DNA of 64,000 nucleotides. It comes from Epiperipatus broadwayi (taxonomy: Eukaryota; Animalia; Onychophora). The stretch spans positions 12,958,001 through 13,022,000 of the forward strand of contig JAQFVV010000002.1 in NCBI GenBank assembly GCA_028023455.1. The letters run 5' to 3'. The first letter of the stretch is position 1; every line of letters starts with the position of its first letter. This document shows, one piece after another, positions 14,291 through 26,887 of this stretch. The position numbers and the translations under genes are program-made. The notes below the pieces were generated by a model. It made no database searches. It was not told the origin of the DNA and was given only the letters and a program-made list of their open reading frames with translations.

Positions 14291-14980
14291 ATTTTCTATG
14301 CATTTTTTGTTAATAATATACAAATCTCATTCTAATAGTTCTTAATATCACATGGAATGGGTATTAAATGATTTTAAATGTAAAATGTTTCATGAAATAC
14401 TTTTTAAAAAGTTTATGAAAGTGAAAATTGTTTTTTGAGATAACCAATTATGTAATTAACAATTTACAGAGATTATATTTTATGAGGGACAGCATTAATG
14501 TATCCTTTACTATCACATTATTAGATCTTAGATAAATAATGAGTTAAAAGGGAGTGCTTAAATGCTCTCATTCATTATAGTTCTTAAACTTATTTATATC
14601 AACTTAGAACATATAAGCAAGGTAATTTAAGGAGTTTATGATAAAACAACCTTTAAATAGTGTTCAATTTTTTAAAAAGGCTTTTCCAACAATCCTCCAA
14701 AGTGAAGAAGAAAGCATTACTTGATAGGGTAGCCAATTTAAGATTTTCCCCTTTATTTTTATCTTCCAGTTTATCTAAAAATCTTTGAAGATTTCATCTA
14801 ATCTAATTCTAAACTCCAGAATATCATTATGACAGACAGATGTACTAACCACTACATCAAAAGTATTCTTTAATTAATATATGGTTGTGAGAAAGAGTTT
14901 TCAGGCTTACAGTACTGATTCATATCTATTCATGGTCCTTTTTTAAAATTTTAAACAATTCTTTTTACTTAAACATTTTA

Positions 14981-15288
14981 TGTATAGGGGATTTGAATTC
15001 AGATTTTTAAGTACTCTCCATTTATACACACTATCTCATACAACTGATACACATGACCACACACATGTAGAAAAGATAAATAATCACCAATATACGTATT
15101 TTGTGCTAAACCAGCACTCATCAGTTGGTCCAGATTATATTCTCCCACACACATATATAATCAATGTTCAGTGTATCAGTTGTATAAGATAGTGTGGATA
15201 GATGGAGGGTACTTAAAAATCTGAGTTCAAATCCCCTATACTTACAATTAAGCTCCAGGTCTGTGAAGAGTGCCTGGTTTTCAAATAT
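14981..15288. mobile_element. Family C HHR element inserted as an asymmetric palindrome
   Basis: Arms 14982-15052 and 15171-15241. Spacer holds the minus-strand HHR. Tail 15242-15288. 12-bp TSD TTAAACATTTTA at 14969-14980 and 15289-15300. Confidence 0.85.
15086..15129 (-). ncRNA. Type I hammerhead ribozyme, family C (G12A)
   Basis: ACCAA-CUGAUGA-GUGCU GGUUU AGCAC-AAAA-UACGUA-UA-UUGGU. Confidence 0.75.
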
Positions 15289-15819
15289 TTAAACATTTTA
15301 CCTATTTTGAATAACCAGGCTCTTACTTATGTCCAAACATGAACATCTATAGTATCACATTTATTAGAGATAAACTAAAGATAAAACTCATTTTTCCAGA
15401 GTGATTAATCATTTGCAAACAAAAAAAAAAAATTGTGAAGTATTTTGAAAGCTAATACAAATAATTTATAAATGTCAAAAAATGTAAAGGTCGGATATAA
15501 ATATAGAATGAGTGCCTAAACTTTTTATCTCTATGTGAAAAAATTAGATATCACTACTGTATTTTAAAAGATTTCAAATTGATTTTAAAAATTTTATGAA
15601 TATCAAAAAATATTTGAGCTTTTAATATAGTGGGACTTTTCTAAAATCATTAACAAATTATTATATCATTACATGTGATCATAATTTCAAGCTTTAAAAT
15701 TTAAAAAAAAAACTGCATATATTAAAAAAATAAATATCATAAAACGAACTAAGCAACTTGAAAAGTATAAATAAAATACAACCATGGACAAAGAAAAAAA
15801 ATCTTGAATTGAATAAAAC

Positions 15820-16583
15820 TAGCAAGCATCACATGATCACATCTCCAATACTAGCACCTAATTGTTTATAAACAAAGCAAAGCAAAACTCCATATAGTAG
15901 TGCCACCTGTGCTAAACAGAGTAATCAATGGATGCCAGAAGGCTTGTGCATAAAATCCCTATCTAATGCCTACTCATCCAATATCCCCAGACTAGTTTCT
16001 GGCTTGTGGCCTTCGTCAGTGAGGAGCTTTGGATCTGAGAGCACTGCATCTAGATCTTAGGATCTAATGCAATCTTCTAGCAAACACCTTTTATCTCTAC
16101 TTAACTACAAAACTATGAGCATGAAATTGAAAACACAAAAAATATTTTCAATCTAAGCTCAATAGCTTATATAGTCATATGGGTCTGAACTCAGTTCAGC
16201 ACCCATACATTTTGGTGTCTTTGGCTCTTTAACAACCATAGCCACCACTACCCTATTAGGCAGGATTGGTGTTAAACCAGCAAGCGTCACATGATCACAT
16301 CTCCAATACTAGCATATAATTGTTTATAAACAAAGCAAAGGAAAACTCCATATAGTAGTCCCACCTGTGCTAAACAGAGTAATCAATGGATGCCAGAAGG
16401 CTTGTGCATAAAATCCTTATCTAATGCCTACTCATCCAATACAAGCCAGAAACTAGTCTGGGGATATTGGATGAGTAGGCATTAGATAGGGATTTTATGC
16501 ACAAGCCTTCTGGCATCCATTGATTACTCTGTTTAGCACAGGTGGCACTACTATATGGAGTTTTGCTTTGCTTTGTTTACATT
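15820..16583. mobile_element. Family A: full 458-nt monomer + partial tandem copy + inverted copy
   Basis: AGCAAGC..CACATGATCAC at 15821 and 16279 (period 458). 16466-16579 is the reverse complement of 16327-16440. TSD AATAAAAC at 15812-15819 and 16584-16591. Confidence 0.85.
15984..16025 (-). ncRNA. Type I hammerhead ribozyme, family A
   Basis: UCCUCA-CUGACGA-A GGC CACAA GCC A-GAAA-CUAG-UC-UGGGGA; 6-bp stem I, GUC site. Confidence 0.8.
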
Positions 16584-17449
16584 AATAAAACAGAAAAACA
16601 GATGTAATTACTAAAACCCAAAAGCATAGTCTAGTAGTAAAAAGAATATAACAAAGGTTTATTAAATACTTTAGAATAATGTTATTTACTAATATCAAGA
16701 AATTTAGATATAGCAATTTATCTATTAAGTTAAGAGATATCAATAATATATATAATGGCTTGATCAATCACTTGGAAAATCAAGTTACATTTAACACAGA
16801 AGTGATAGGCTATACATAACAGACCCACTCAGTTAATTAAGCAGAATTTGTTGTTTACTTTCTTCAGATGAGAAATTATCCAAAAAGATTTCACTCTACC
16901 ACTTTCATCTTACACTAAATCTCATAAAATTCTTAATGTGTAAAATATAATATATAAAATATCCTCATTGAGTTAACTTTAAAATATTTTAAATAAGTGC
17001 TACTAAAATACTAAATAAATTTTGAAACTTTAAAATGTACATGCTTTTAAATTTGTGAGAATTAGCACATTATTTCTATAAATAAAAAAATATTAATAAG
17101 CAACATCCTAATTAATGATGTCAATAAACTTATTATATTTATGATTTACATTCAAGTTACATGAATAAAGATCAATTTTTTATATGTTTTAAAATTGTCA
17201 AGTCATCTCAGTTTCTTCCAAAAAGCTAGCCTATATCTAACAATATGTGTCATCCATCATTTTGTTTTTTTCTAAACACTCCATTCAAGTTAGTATGGAT
17301 ATGGTTTTATCTATTTGCCATGGATTAAAGTTTGATTTACTGCAAGACTCATTCTCTTTTTAAATTTTTGTATTATTTAAATAAATAATATTTTTCTGCT
17401 ACATTCAATACAGTCCACAATTATTTTGATGACTGACAGGACTTTGAAT

Positions 17450-19450
17450 TCTAACTTTTAAATATTAGGCTTTTTCTTCTGCTGTGTTCAGCCAAAAAAT
17501 CTGTTTAATATTTTCACCAAGAGGTGATCTCTAAAAGAAAACCCACTGAATCTAATTCTTTCAAAGTCTATAAAAAATGGTGCTTAACTAATCTAATTCT
17601 TCAAAAACAATCCAAACTCACTATATTGAATATTTCTTTTTCCAGCGATCTCTCATTACATGATAATAAATACTCTTTCTTTATCATCAAAGTTGCTTTT
17701 CAGAATGTTTCTCTTTCAGTTAAAATTAAAAATTACTGTATTGCTTTTTAAAAATCTTATATAAAATTTAAATTCATTGTGTCATTGAATATCATTCTTA
17801 TATTTTAAATAAATAATATCTCTACATCTATCATCTCCTATCCAAAATATACAATTGTATTAATTAAAGAGTCATCTCTTACTTCTCTTTAATATCTTTC
17901 TTTTTCTTCACTGTTTTTCCTCTAATATCTCTTCTTTAGGTATAACCTTTGTCATTGTTTTCTTTTTGAATTTGCTTTATTAATTCATCCTACTTTGCTT
18001 ACATTATTTTTTCCCTGCACTATTGTTTTCGGTGATCATTATACTTCTTATTCTGTACCATTTTATCAAAAAAATATTTTTTAAAATATAATAATTAATT
18101 CTCTAAAAAAATTTTACTAGTTTTTTTTTCTAGGTTGATTGATATCTAAATAATTTTTTCACTCTTTTTGTTTTACTTTTTAGCATTCATTATTTTTTGA
18201 ATTATAAATTTGTTCTCTGTGATTTTCTTTAAAGCTAGTTATTTTACTGAAGTTACAACTCTGTCTAATTCCTAATTGAGAAACATGACTCAGGAAATCG
18301 GTAATATGTACATTCAAAAATTAGTTTCAAAGATGCCAAAGATGACAATTATAACAACATACAGACTTTATTGAATTTAAAAGATTTAGAACCTCATTAT
18401 AAACAATTGTAAGTAATCATGATTATATGATTATAAGACTTCATTTTTTTTCTTTTTTTATATATCTCTTAAGCAGCAATATAAGCATATGCAATCTATT
18501 TTAGCTGAGTATCTTTCTACTAAAAAAGCCAAAATCTTCTTGACTCAATCTCATAAGTGGTCCAAAGGGTACATTCACTGGGCTCTGTCTTATAAAGTAA
18601 AAAATCCATCCCTTCACCAATTTTAGTAGATAAATATTTCTGCACAGGACTCACTCAAAATGTTACCTTCTTTTTTTATCACTTTAAATCTAAGTTGCAA
18701 ACTTTCAGCCATTCCAAGAACTACCAGTCTTTGCTTTTGGTGAAAATCAAGGTCATAATATTACAAAATCTTGTATTATGCTTAAGCTGAAATTTTTATC
18801 TGATAGCATTCACTTTGGTTCTCATGTGATTCTTAAATATCTTCTCTTACATATTCATTTTTTTACAGTATCAATTATTATGAACTTGCTTGACTTTCTT
18901 TCTAAACAAATGTATTATACCCAGTTTTCTTAATTCCATTTCTCAAGCAAAATATTCTGCAAAATTATACAGCACACTATAAACTTTAGTTTAACCATAA
19001 TAAGTCATCCACATGGAATATACTCTTTGATAATAGTATTTCCTGCTCCCCCTCATAACCTTCTTGAATTTCCCATTTAGAAATCTATGAATGCTATGAG
19101 AATATTTATTCAAAACACGATCCTCATATCTGTTGAAAATGTAACTAACATCTTGTCTACAGCATACCTTTCTCTTCATGTAAAAATCTCTTACTAACAT
19201 TCTGATTTTTTCTGAAGATGACTTACTATATGCCAATTATTAACTATGCTAATGCTTTCAAGAAGACGATTAATTTGTTTTGCTCCAAATTGAGTTGGAA
19301 TAAAAGAGCTGTTGCAATCAGTATTAAAACCTTACAGAAGCATGCCAAAGCCAATGGTCTCTCCACTCAATCCTTACCTTTTATTTTCAGTGGTCATTTA
19401 TTACTATTTTTAAATTTGTCTTTGCTAATCCTAATGCTGTGAAATTTATT
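17450..19450 (-). pseudogene. Decayed non-LTR RT relics (probably more than one element)
   Basis: Minus-strand pieces ILIAFIDF (about 19085), DLDF..LVVL..AESLQ (about 18740), GIRQSC (about 18260) and RS..EIFN...HHF-FIDFE (about 17560). Order is not collinear, so several fragments are likely. Confidence 0.35.
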
Positions 19451-21049
19451 CTAGTCACCCTGACTGATATGTATCCACTCAATACAATTTTTTTTTTCAA
19501 TTCTTAATCAAATCCATTGCTGTTTATAATGATCTTAGTAATCACACACTCTTTAATAAAATACTTTTTTGAAAGGCATACAACATGATTCAGAGTGCTA
19601 GACAATCTCAACCATTCCTATCTCTCCTTACTATTACCAATAAACAGATAATCATAATTCAAATTATTGTATCTGGAACCAAAATACCTCAATTTCCTTA
19701 TCAGAATTAATTTAGAAGTTCTCCTTACTAGTAATTTCTTATCACAGATAATAGTGCATGCTGACATTGATCCCCCTTTGTTCTATTTGTCATAAGTTGG
19801 AAGAAACAAGAAATTATTTTCAATTCCAGAGTCCTACTCTTCTTACCTTTAGAAATATCATTGAGTCAATTACTAAATTGTTTACTTTCCTTTATTTTTA
19901 CTCTCATTGATTGCATGGAACATGGCCTTTCTTTATGCTTGCCCTTTTGTTCCAGTGTTATCATTTTTGCTTAATTAACCCTGTATCTAGAAAATTACGA
20001 TCATGATTTTACAATAAAATTTAAAAAATTTCAGAGACAAATGCACTTGTCCCTCCAGACATTGTTGATGTTACATAGAGTCTGATCTCTTTTCCAACCC
20101 CATTATAACTAGATAATTTTTTTTTATGTATTTACAAAATGTATCTTTTGTAATTTATACATCACTGTATTTGTCTCTTTGATGATAAACTTAAAAATAT
20201 CCACTTGAATTTCAAATCATCTTTTTCAAGTTTGTAAAAAAAAATGTTGCCTAATAAAAATTGTTTGTTTTAATAAATGGATAAATATGGGGGTAGAAAA
20301 ACAATGTTTAGAAAGTTAAAATAAAATCATTTAAGTTTATAAATAAAATATAAAATACTATGGAAGCCAAAAAATAATAATGAAAAACATATTAATTAGC
20401 AGCATAAAGATGCTTACAAAACACTATAAAAACTAAGATCAAAAAATTAATATAACAAATATAATAGCATAATAGGAAGCAAACGAATTACTATTACATA
20501 ACTGAAAATTTATCTAAATATTTATTACTCTAACAATAACTATAATTTTGGATGTAAATGGAAATAAAAGCAATCTCCTGAAATAGCTATAAACTAGAGA
20601 AATTACTCTCACATTTTTAATTCTGTAAGAAAATATTCTTTTAATCATTTTTTATTATTGATAAAAGTTAATTGTAATGGTTATTATTATATAAACTAAA
20701 ATCAATGGATATGAATCTACTTCTACTGTATCAAAATTTATGTGAATATGCTTTTAATGATATAACTTAATTATTTGAGTCTTTCATATTTTCAAATATG
20801 AAAGATTGATTTCTTTTAAACTATTATTTGAATTTAGTTTACAAACACTTTAAATGATTATTGTTCATCTCATAAGCTGATAATAACAATGATGAAACTA
20901 CAATATATGTATCATGTGTTGTAATTTTGTTACTGATGCTCTTAATCTTTTAGTAAGTTATTAAAAACACAAAATAGTTCCTCTCTCCTCTGAAATATTT
21001 GGTTTTAAATCTCAGTAAAGTTATCAAAAATTGTGGACAGTAGAGAAGA

Positions 21050-21090
21050 ATATATATATATAGTATATATATATATATATATATATATAT

Positions 21091-21123
<33 letters not shown>
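21050..21123. repeat. (TA)n microsatellite
   Basis: Direct reading; two interruptions. Confidence 0.95.
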
Positions 21124-21126
<3 letters not shown>

Positions 21127-22989
21127 AACCTCAACTTTCCTCAGCACAATCTTTAACTTATTTAATCTCCACCCACTCTCATTTATTTCAAGTAGCTAGT
21201 CAATTGAATTTAATATTAATTTTTAGGATCAAACAAGGGATGGCTAGTGTGTTTATGTATTAATATTAACAAGATCAAGTATACCCGGGTGCCAAATTGC
21301 AACTATAAATCATAATACCCACCAGAGATCATCATCATTAGACACGTTTAGGACTATAGAAGATAATGGAGAAAGTAACTAAATCGTCTCTTAAAAAAAA
21401 TAGTATTGATAAAACCATTCAATCTATGTGATCCTAATTTCAAACCTGGCATTAGTCATGCAAATATTTCATGATAAATTTATTATTAAATTCATAATAA
21501 TGTAATAACTTTCTTTCACAACTTTATTATAAATATCTGATCTCGAGTGGTAACTATGGAAAATATTATATACATTTCTCATTTATATATGACTGGAAAT
21601 AAATCAGTAATCGATGCAGAGAACTCATAATTTATGTTCATCATACAAAATTATTATTTTATTTAATACAAGATAAAAATTATCATAAATAGATCCTCCC
21701 CATTTAATTCCATTACTTTATTTTTCGTTCTCAGTATCTATCACTTTTAATAGCTACAATTATATAACACGGAATGTCTGTGTTATGTTTTCTAATCTGA
21801 GAATCCCTAATCTTATTTCTCTAAACACACATATATCTTTTGATCAACTATCAATTCATGATTCCTATGTTAATAATAGTATAATAATTTTATTATAATA
21901 TGCTACTTGACTTCCAAACTAGCTCTTAGACTAATAATCGAACTGCTCTTTCTCAAGGTCTAGATCTGCCAAGAGGTGCCCTTATAAACGATTACATTGT
22001 AATGGATAAGATTCCAAATATGTTAAAATAAATTTTAATATGAGTTTACTAGTGGGAATCACTCTAAACACCCAGAGCAGGAAAGGGATTTTATGTCTGC
22101 TCCCAATATTCACAACATTACAACGAACCAAAAGATTAAATTTATTAAACTTAACTTAACTATTCCCTATCATTTTATTCTATTATATCTAATCTATTGA
22201 CCAAATTTTAATTAATAATTTTAAATCTATCATATTTTGCCAAAGTAAACTATGGAAGTAAAACATGGACATTAATCCTATAAATCGATCAAAAATTACT
22301 TATGAAAGTAAAATACAGAAATGAATCATAAAAATTAGATTATGCAAATTAACTATGAAAATAAATTATGTGAAAATGAATTATATAAAAGTGACTTATA
22401 CAAAAATGAATTATGTGAATCGAATATGGAAACAATATAATAATGACTACTGCAAATCGATCGTGGAAATAAATTATCAATATAAAAATGAATAATTAAA
22501 TTTAAATATGAACTAATATTAATTTAGATATAGGTGCTGGATGTAGATTCTGGAGATCTTTGAAACATCAAAACACAAGACGCAATGTAATTTTATAACA
22601 ATAAATTTTTATTACATTAACAATAATGATGAAAATAAAAATAAAACCACTTAAATATAATATTGTTACACTCAAATATATGATTCAGATCTAATAAAGA
22701 CTAATATTTATAATACCAATACATATCGAAATTAACCAATTTCTGAATGACTTATTCATTGTTTTGACCCATTTATTTATCAAAATAAATAAAAATTACA
22801 AACGCTTATGCACGGAATCAGAATTCCGTATTTAACTTTAAGAAAACCTATAAATTCCTACTCCCCCCTTTTTATGGTAAAGATTATCCATTGGACTATT
22901 CCAAAATAATTTATTCATTTCAGTTATTCTAACCAGCAATGATAAATAATCATCAATTTCTAAATCATTTCAACAAGCAATAACTTTTA

Positions 22990-23560
22990 CATTTCTTATG
23001 AAGAAGTATGATATGCCATGAAAAATCCCCTACTGATCTTGCAGATGGGTTTAAATTCAAAACCCACACTTTTACGTTCATGCCTGTCAGATATTCACGT
23101 TTTTTGACCGTATATATTTTGGTAGGTCAGCATGCTGCCCTAGCTTGACGACCCTCAATTTACCTTTTTTTCACAAAAATTGACCATAGATCGGTTAGCT
23201 TCTAAATTAAAATCTTTGTCATTCCCCATCAACACATATTCATCTGACTGAATTCTCATCCTGTCAGGGCAACTTTTATTCTGTCCTACATAAGAAAAAC
23301 AACTCTTCATATTCCACACTACCATGCAGTATTTTATACGTGCACACATCAGCGTCTTGGTATGGGAAATTAAAAAACAACAACTCCAAACTTCAAATGT
23401 TTGCTTTAGCCAGCAAGAGAGATCTCCTCTAAGACCTAGAATCATGTTAAGAACTCTTGTCTATACACTTATTCAATATAGGCATGCACAACATTTTCTA
23501 CAACTTGAACAATAACTCTGTTAATAATTCCCTATCTTAACAAAATAAATGGAGTGAAAA
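22990..23560 (-). pseudogene. Decayed piggyBac-like transposase fragment
   Basis: Ordered minus-strand motifs VYRQEFLT (like Y.P...LT before the catalytic DE), MILGLRGDLS..LKQ (like MI.F.GR.S.LKQ), KFGV, VWNM..YVGQ, NRS, LTY and KKRE..VG. These follow the piggyBac DDD core order. Stops and frameshifts present. Confidence 0.45.
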
Positions 23561-23838
23561 TCAGTCATCTCCTGCTGCCATGGCAAATAAATCATGAGAC
23601 AGCCATTTCCCATCTATGGGGTGGTAGGATAACTTTATCTCAGTAATGATAAGCATTTATAGCTTTATATATGCCCACACATACATCGATTACAGTCTAG
23701 ATAAATGACAAAGACTAATCAGATCCCGAATCAAAACATATATGAATTATTTCAATTTTAAACAGTCAAGCCAACAACATACACCTAATAAATATAATTT
23801 ATCCAAACTTCAAACACTTTTAGCAAACTTTATTTGTA

Positions 23839-23884
23839 CATACATCTACGTTTCAACTGACCTGCAGTCTTCTTCAGAGCTATG
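23839..23884 (-). ncRNA. Type I hammerhead ribozyme, family B
   Basis: CAUAGCU-CUGAAGA-A-GACUG CAGGU CAGUU-GAAA-CG-UA-GAUGUAUG. Confidence 0.65.
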
Positions 23885-23988
23885 ATATAATGAACAAAAT
23901 AAAAAAACAACTATATAATAACACCATAAAAAAAATTTTAAACAATAAAAAAAAAAAAACTAAAAACAACATAAAATATATATATTAA

Positions 23989-24734
23989 CCTTTTAACCGC
24001 TAATTATATTATTGGTTGTATGAGGTAAAAATCAAATCTTTTAATTGGCCAACTCACAAACTGAAGACAAAGCCTATTGTTAAAACATATTCGCCTATAA
24101 TATTAAATTCAACTCAGATACGTTTATAAAAAGTATATTACTAATTTTTCAGGTTATGAAGAGAACGAATGTTCTTTCAAAAATAAATTGCTATTTATTT
24201 ATTCTAAAATATTCAATTTCGGCAACATAAAAGCTATAATATAAACAAAAAGGTCGACTTTTACGTTATAGAAAAGTAAATATTTCTTTTAAATATTTCT
24301 TTAATATTTTTACTAAAATCTTCAATATTTTTCGAAAATAATTTTGTTTTTTTAGTTTTTTTTTTAAAAAACTAGTTTAATTTCTGAAATTATATTTTTT
24401 TAATACTTAAAATTGCATTCGAAATGAAAATCTCAGCGTTTTTCTTTATTTTCTTTGATCAGGCAGTTTCTTTGTTCTTTCCAGCCAATCAGAATGTCTT
24501 TTTCGGCTGAGAGCATGCTAAGAACCAATAACAAGTAATGTTCTTTCTTTGTTTAGGTTTAAATGCGTTTTTTTTTATTTTTTACTTGTAAAATAAATCG
24601 GAAGAGGGCACCATCTTACAGAACTTTTAAAAACCTATTCAAAACCTATCAAACGAATTTTTTAGCATAAGAACTGGCAGAGTTAGAGTGACGTCAGATG
24701 TCTACGAGGAGCCTCGTAGGAGGCGGGAAAAGGG
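23989..24734. mobile_element. Non-autonomous piggyBac-type element (746 bp)
   Basis: TTAA at 23985-23988 and 24735-24738. Ends CCTTTTAACCGC... and ...GCGGGAAAAGGG. The opposite palindrome arm shows the empty site with a single TTAA (about 26292). No ORF. Confidence 0.9.
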
Positions 24735-26398
24735 TTAAAAACCTGAAATAAATAATCAAACCCAAATAAAACAATTAATATAAAATAAAATGTACTACAT
24801 AAATGAAAAATAAATATAAATTATACATGTGTATTCTTAACTTTATACATATATACATTCAAGGACAACTATTAATCTAAATATTATCTATTTTATTATT
24901 ATTAACAATCTACTAATTATCTATATTCTTCATAAACTTAAACTTTATGATTAGTAACTAAAATTCTTTTAATTTTAAATCATATTTATTATTTTCTTAC
25001 TCATTCTTTTTTTAAAATTAATATTTTATATTTATTATTGCTGAATATTTAAAACCTATAAACTTTATAATCTTTACACTTACTAAGGCTATTCTGATCT
25101 TCAAAATAAAATAATGAAAAATCGTTTTTTTTTCAAAAAATTATCTTATACCCTAGCTCCCTCTATTACATATTATTTAAACTAAATATATATCCGCTAC
25201 AACTCTTTATTTATATTTTTACACTTTAACTTTTATTATATAATACTCATAAATTTATATTATACTTCTTTATATGTTTTTATATATATAAACCCTACAA
25301 CTTTATTTGCATATATATTTTTTTATTTTATATATTTTAACTTTTATCATTATTTTTATATAATTCTTATAAAAAAAATTTATACTGTTTTATATGTAAA
25401 TATTATGCTAAGTTTATTAATTTATTTATTTATTATTATTTTTTATTATTTAATATCTATAAATATACCCAAATTTATACTCGTATTTAACCTAACCATT
25501 TTTATCATCCCCAACTTATTTATTAGCAATTATCTGGTTAGGTTAAATACGAGTATAAATTTGGGTATATTTATAGATATTAAATAATAAAAAATAATAA
25601 TAAATAAATAAATTAATAAACTTAGCATAATATTTACATATAAAATAGTATAAAAAATTTTTATAAGAATTATATAAAAATAATGATAAAAGTTAAAATA
25701 TATAAAATAAAAAAATATATATGCAAATAAAGTTGTAGGGTTTATATATATAAAAACATATAAAGAAGTATAATATAAATTTATGAGTATTATATAATAA
25801 AAGTTAAAGTGTAAAAATATAAATAAAGAGTTGTAGTGGATATATATTTAGTTTAAATAATATGTAATAGAGGGAGCTAGGGTATAAGATAATTTTTTGA
25901 AAAAAACGATTTTTCATTATTTTATTTTGAAGATCAGAATAACCTTAGTAAGTGTAACGATTATAAAGTTTATAGGTTTTAAATATTCAGCAATAATAAA
26001 TATAAAATATTAATTTTAAAAGAAGAATGAGTAAGAAAATAATAAATATGATTTAAAATTAAAAGAATTTTAGTTACTAATCATAAAGTTTAAGTTTATG
26101 AAGAATACAGATAATTAGTAGATTGTTAATAATAATAAAATAGATAATATTTAGATTAATAGTTGTCCTTGAATGTATATATGTATAAAGTTAAGAATAC
26201 ACATGTATAATTTATATTTATTTTTCATTTATGTAGTACATTTTATTTTATATTAATTGTTTTATTTGGGTTTGATTATTTATTTCAGGTTTTTAATATA
26301 TATATTTTATGTTGTTTTTAGTTGTTGTTTTTTTTATTGTTTAAAAAAATTTTTATGGTGTTATTATATAGTTGTTTTTTTTATTTTGTTCATTATAT

Positions 26399-26444
26399 CA
26401 TAGCTCTGAAGAAGACTGCAGGTCAGTCGAAACGTAGGTGTATG
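26399..26444 (+). ncRNA. Type I hammerhead ribozyme, family B (best-preserved copy)
   Basis: CAUAGCU-CUGAAGA-A-GACUG CAGGU CAGUC-GAAA-CG-UA-GGUGUAUG; palindromic stem III ACGU, GUA site. Confidence 0.8.
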
Positions 26445-26813
26445 TACAAATAAAGTTTGCTAAAAGTGTTTGAAGTTTGGATAAATTATATTTATATGAT
26501 ATTACGGCAAACATAAAGAAAAGTGTGATTTTGGTAATACACCTAATATTTATATTAATAACAGATCATCAACACTTATAGCATAATTATGGTTTTTCAC
26601 ACGACCATCCAATCACTCTTCATGTCTAATATTAAGCACAAATAAAAAATTTTGTTAAGAATAAAAAAAATATTTTATATCACTTCTCACTTTTCTTTTT
26701 TAAATTTACGTAAGCATTTATACTTCAATGGGATCAAAATCATTTTCCCTTCTTTCCTTTAAACATTTTAAAAACATAAATAAATAAAAATATAATCTAG
26801 TGGTTAAACATGC

Positions 26814-26887
26814 GACATATTATATAAACAAAATGAAATAAAGAATAAATGACATATTATATAAACAAAATGAAATAAAGAATAAAT
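26814..26887. repeat. 37-bp tandem duplication
   Basis: GACATATTATATAAACAAAATGAAATAAAGAATAAAT twice. Confidence 0.9.

Larger units (their letters stand above)
23791..26536. mobile_element. Family B: giant asymmetric palindrome (about 960-bp arms) with terminal HHRs
   Basis: Left arm 23788-25498 (interrupted by a 746-bp insert), spacer 25499-25534, right arm 25535-26495, tail 26496-26536. 12-bp TSD ATACACCTAATA at 23779-23790 and 26537-26548. Confidence 0.9.

Noticed and set aside
21323-21357. Minus-strand micro-exon LNVSNDDDLWW resembling an SH3 segment
   Set aside because: Only 11 residues, weak donor site and no partner exons.
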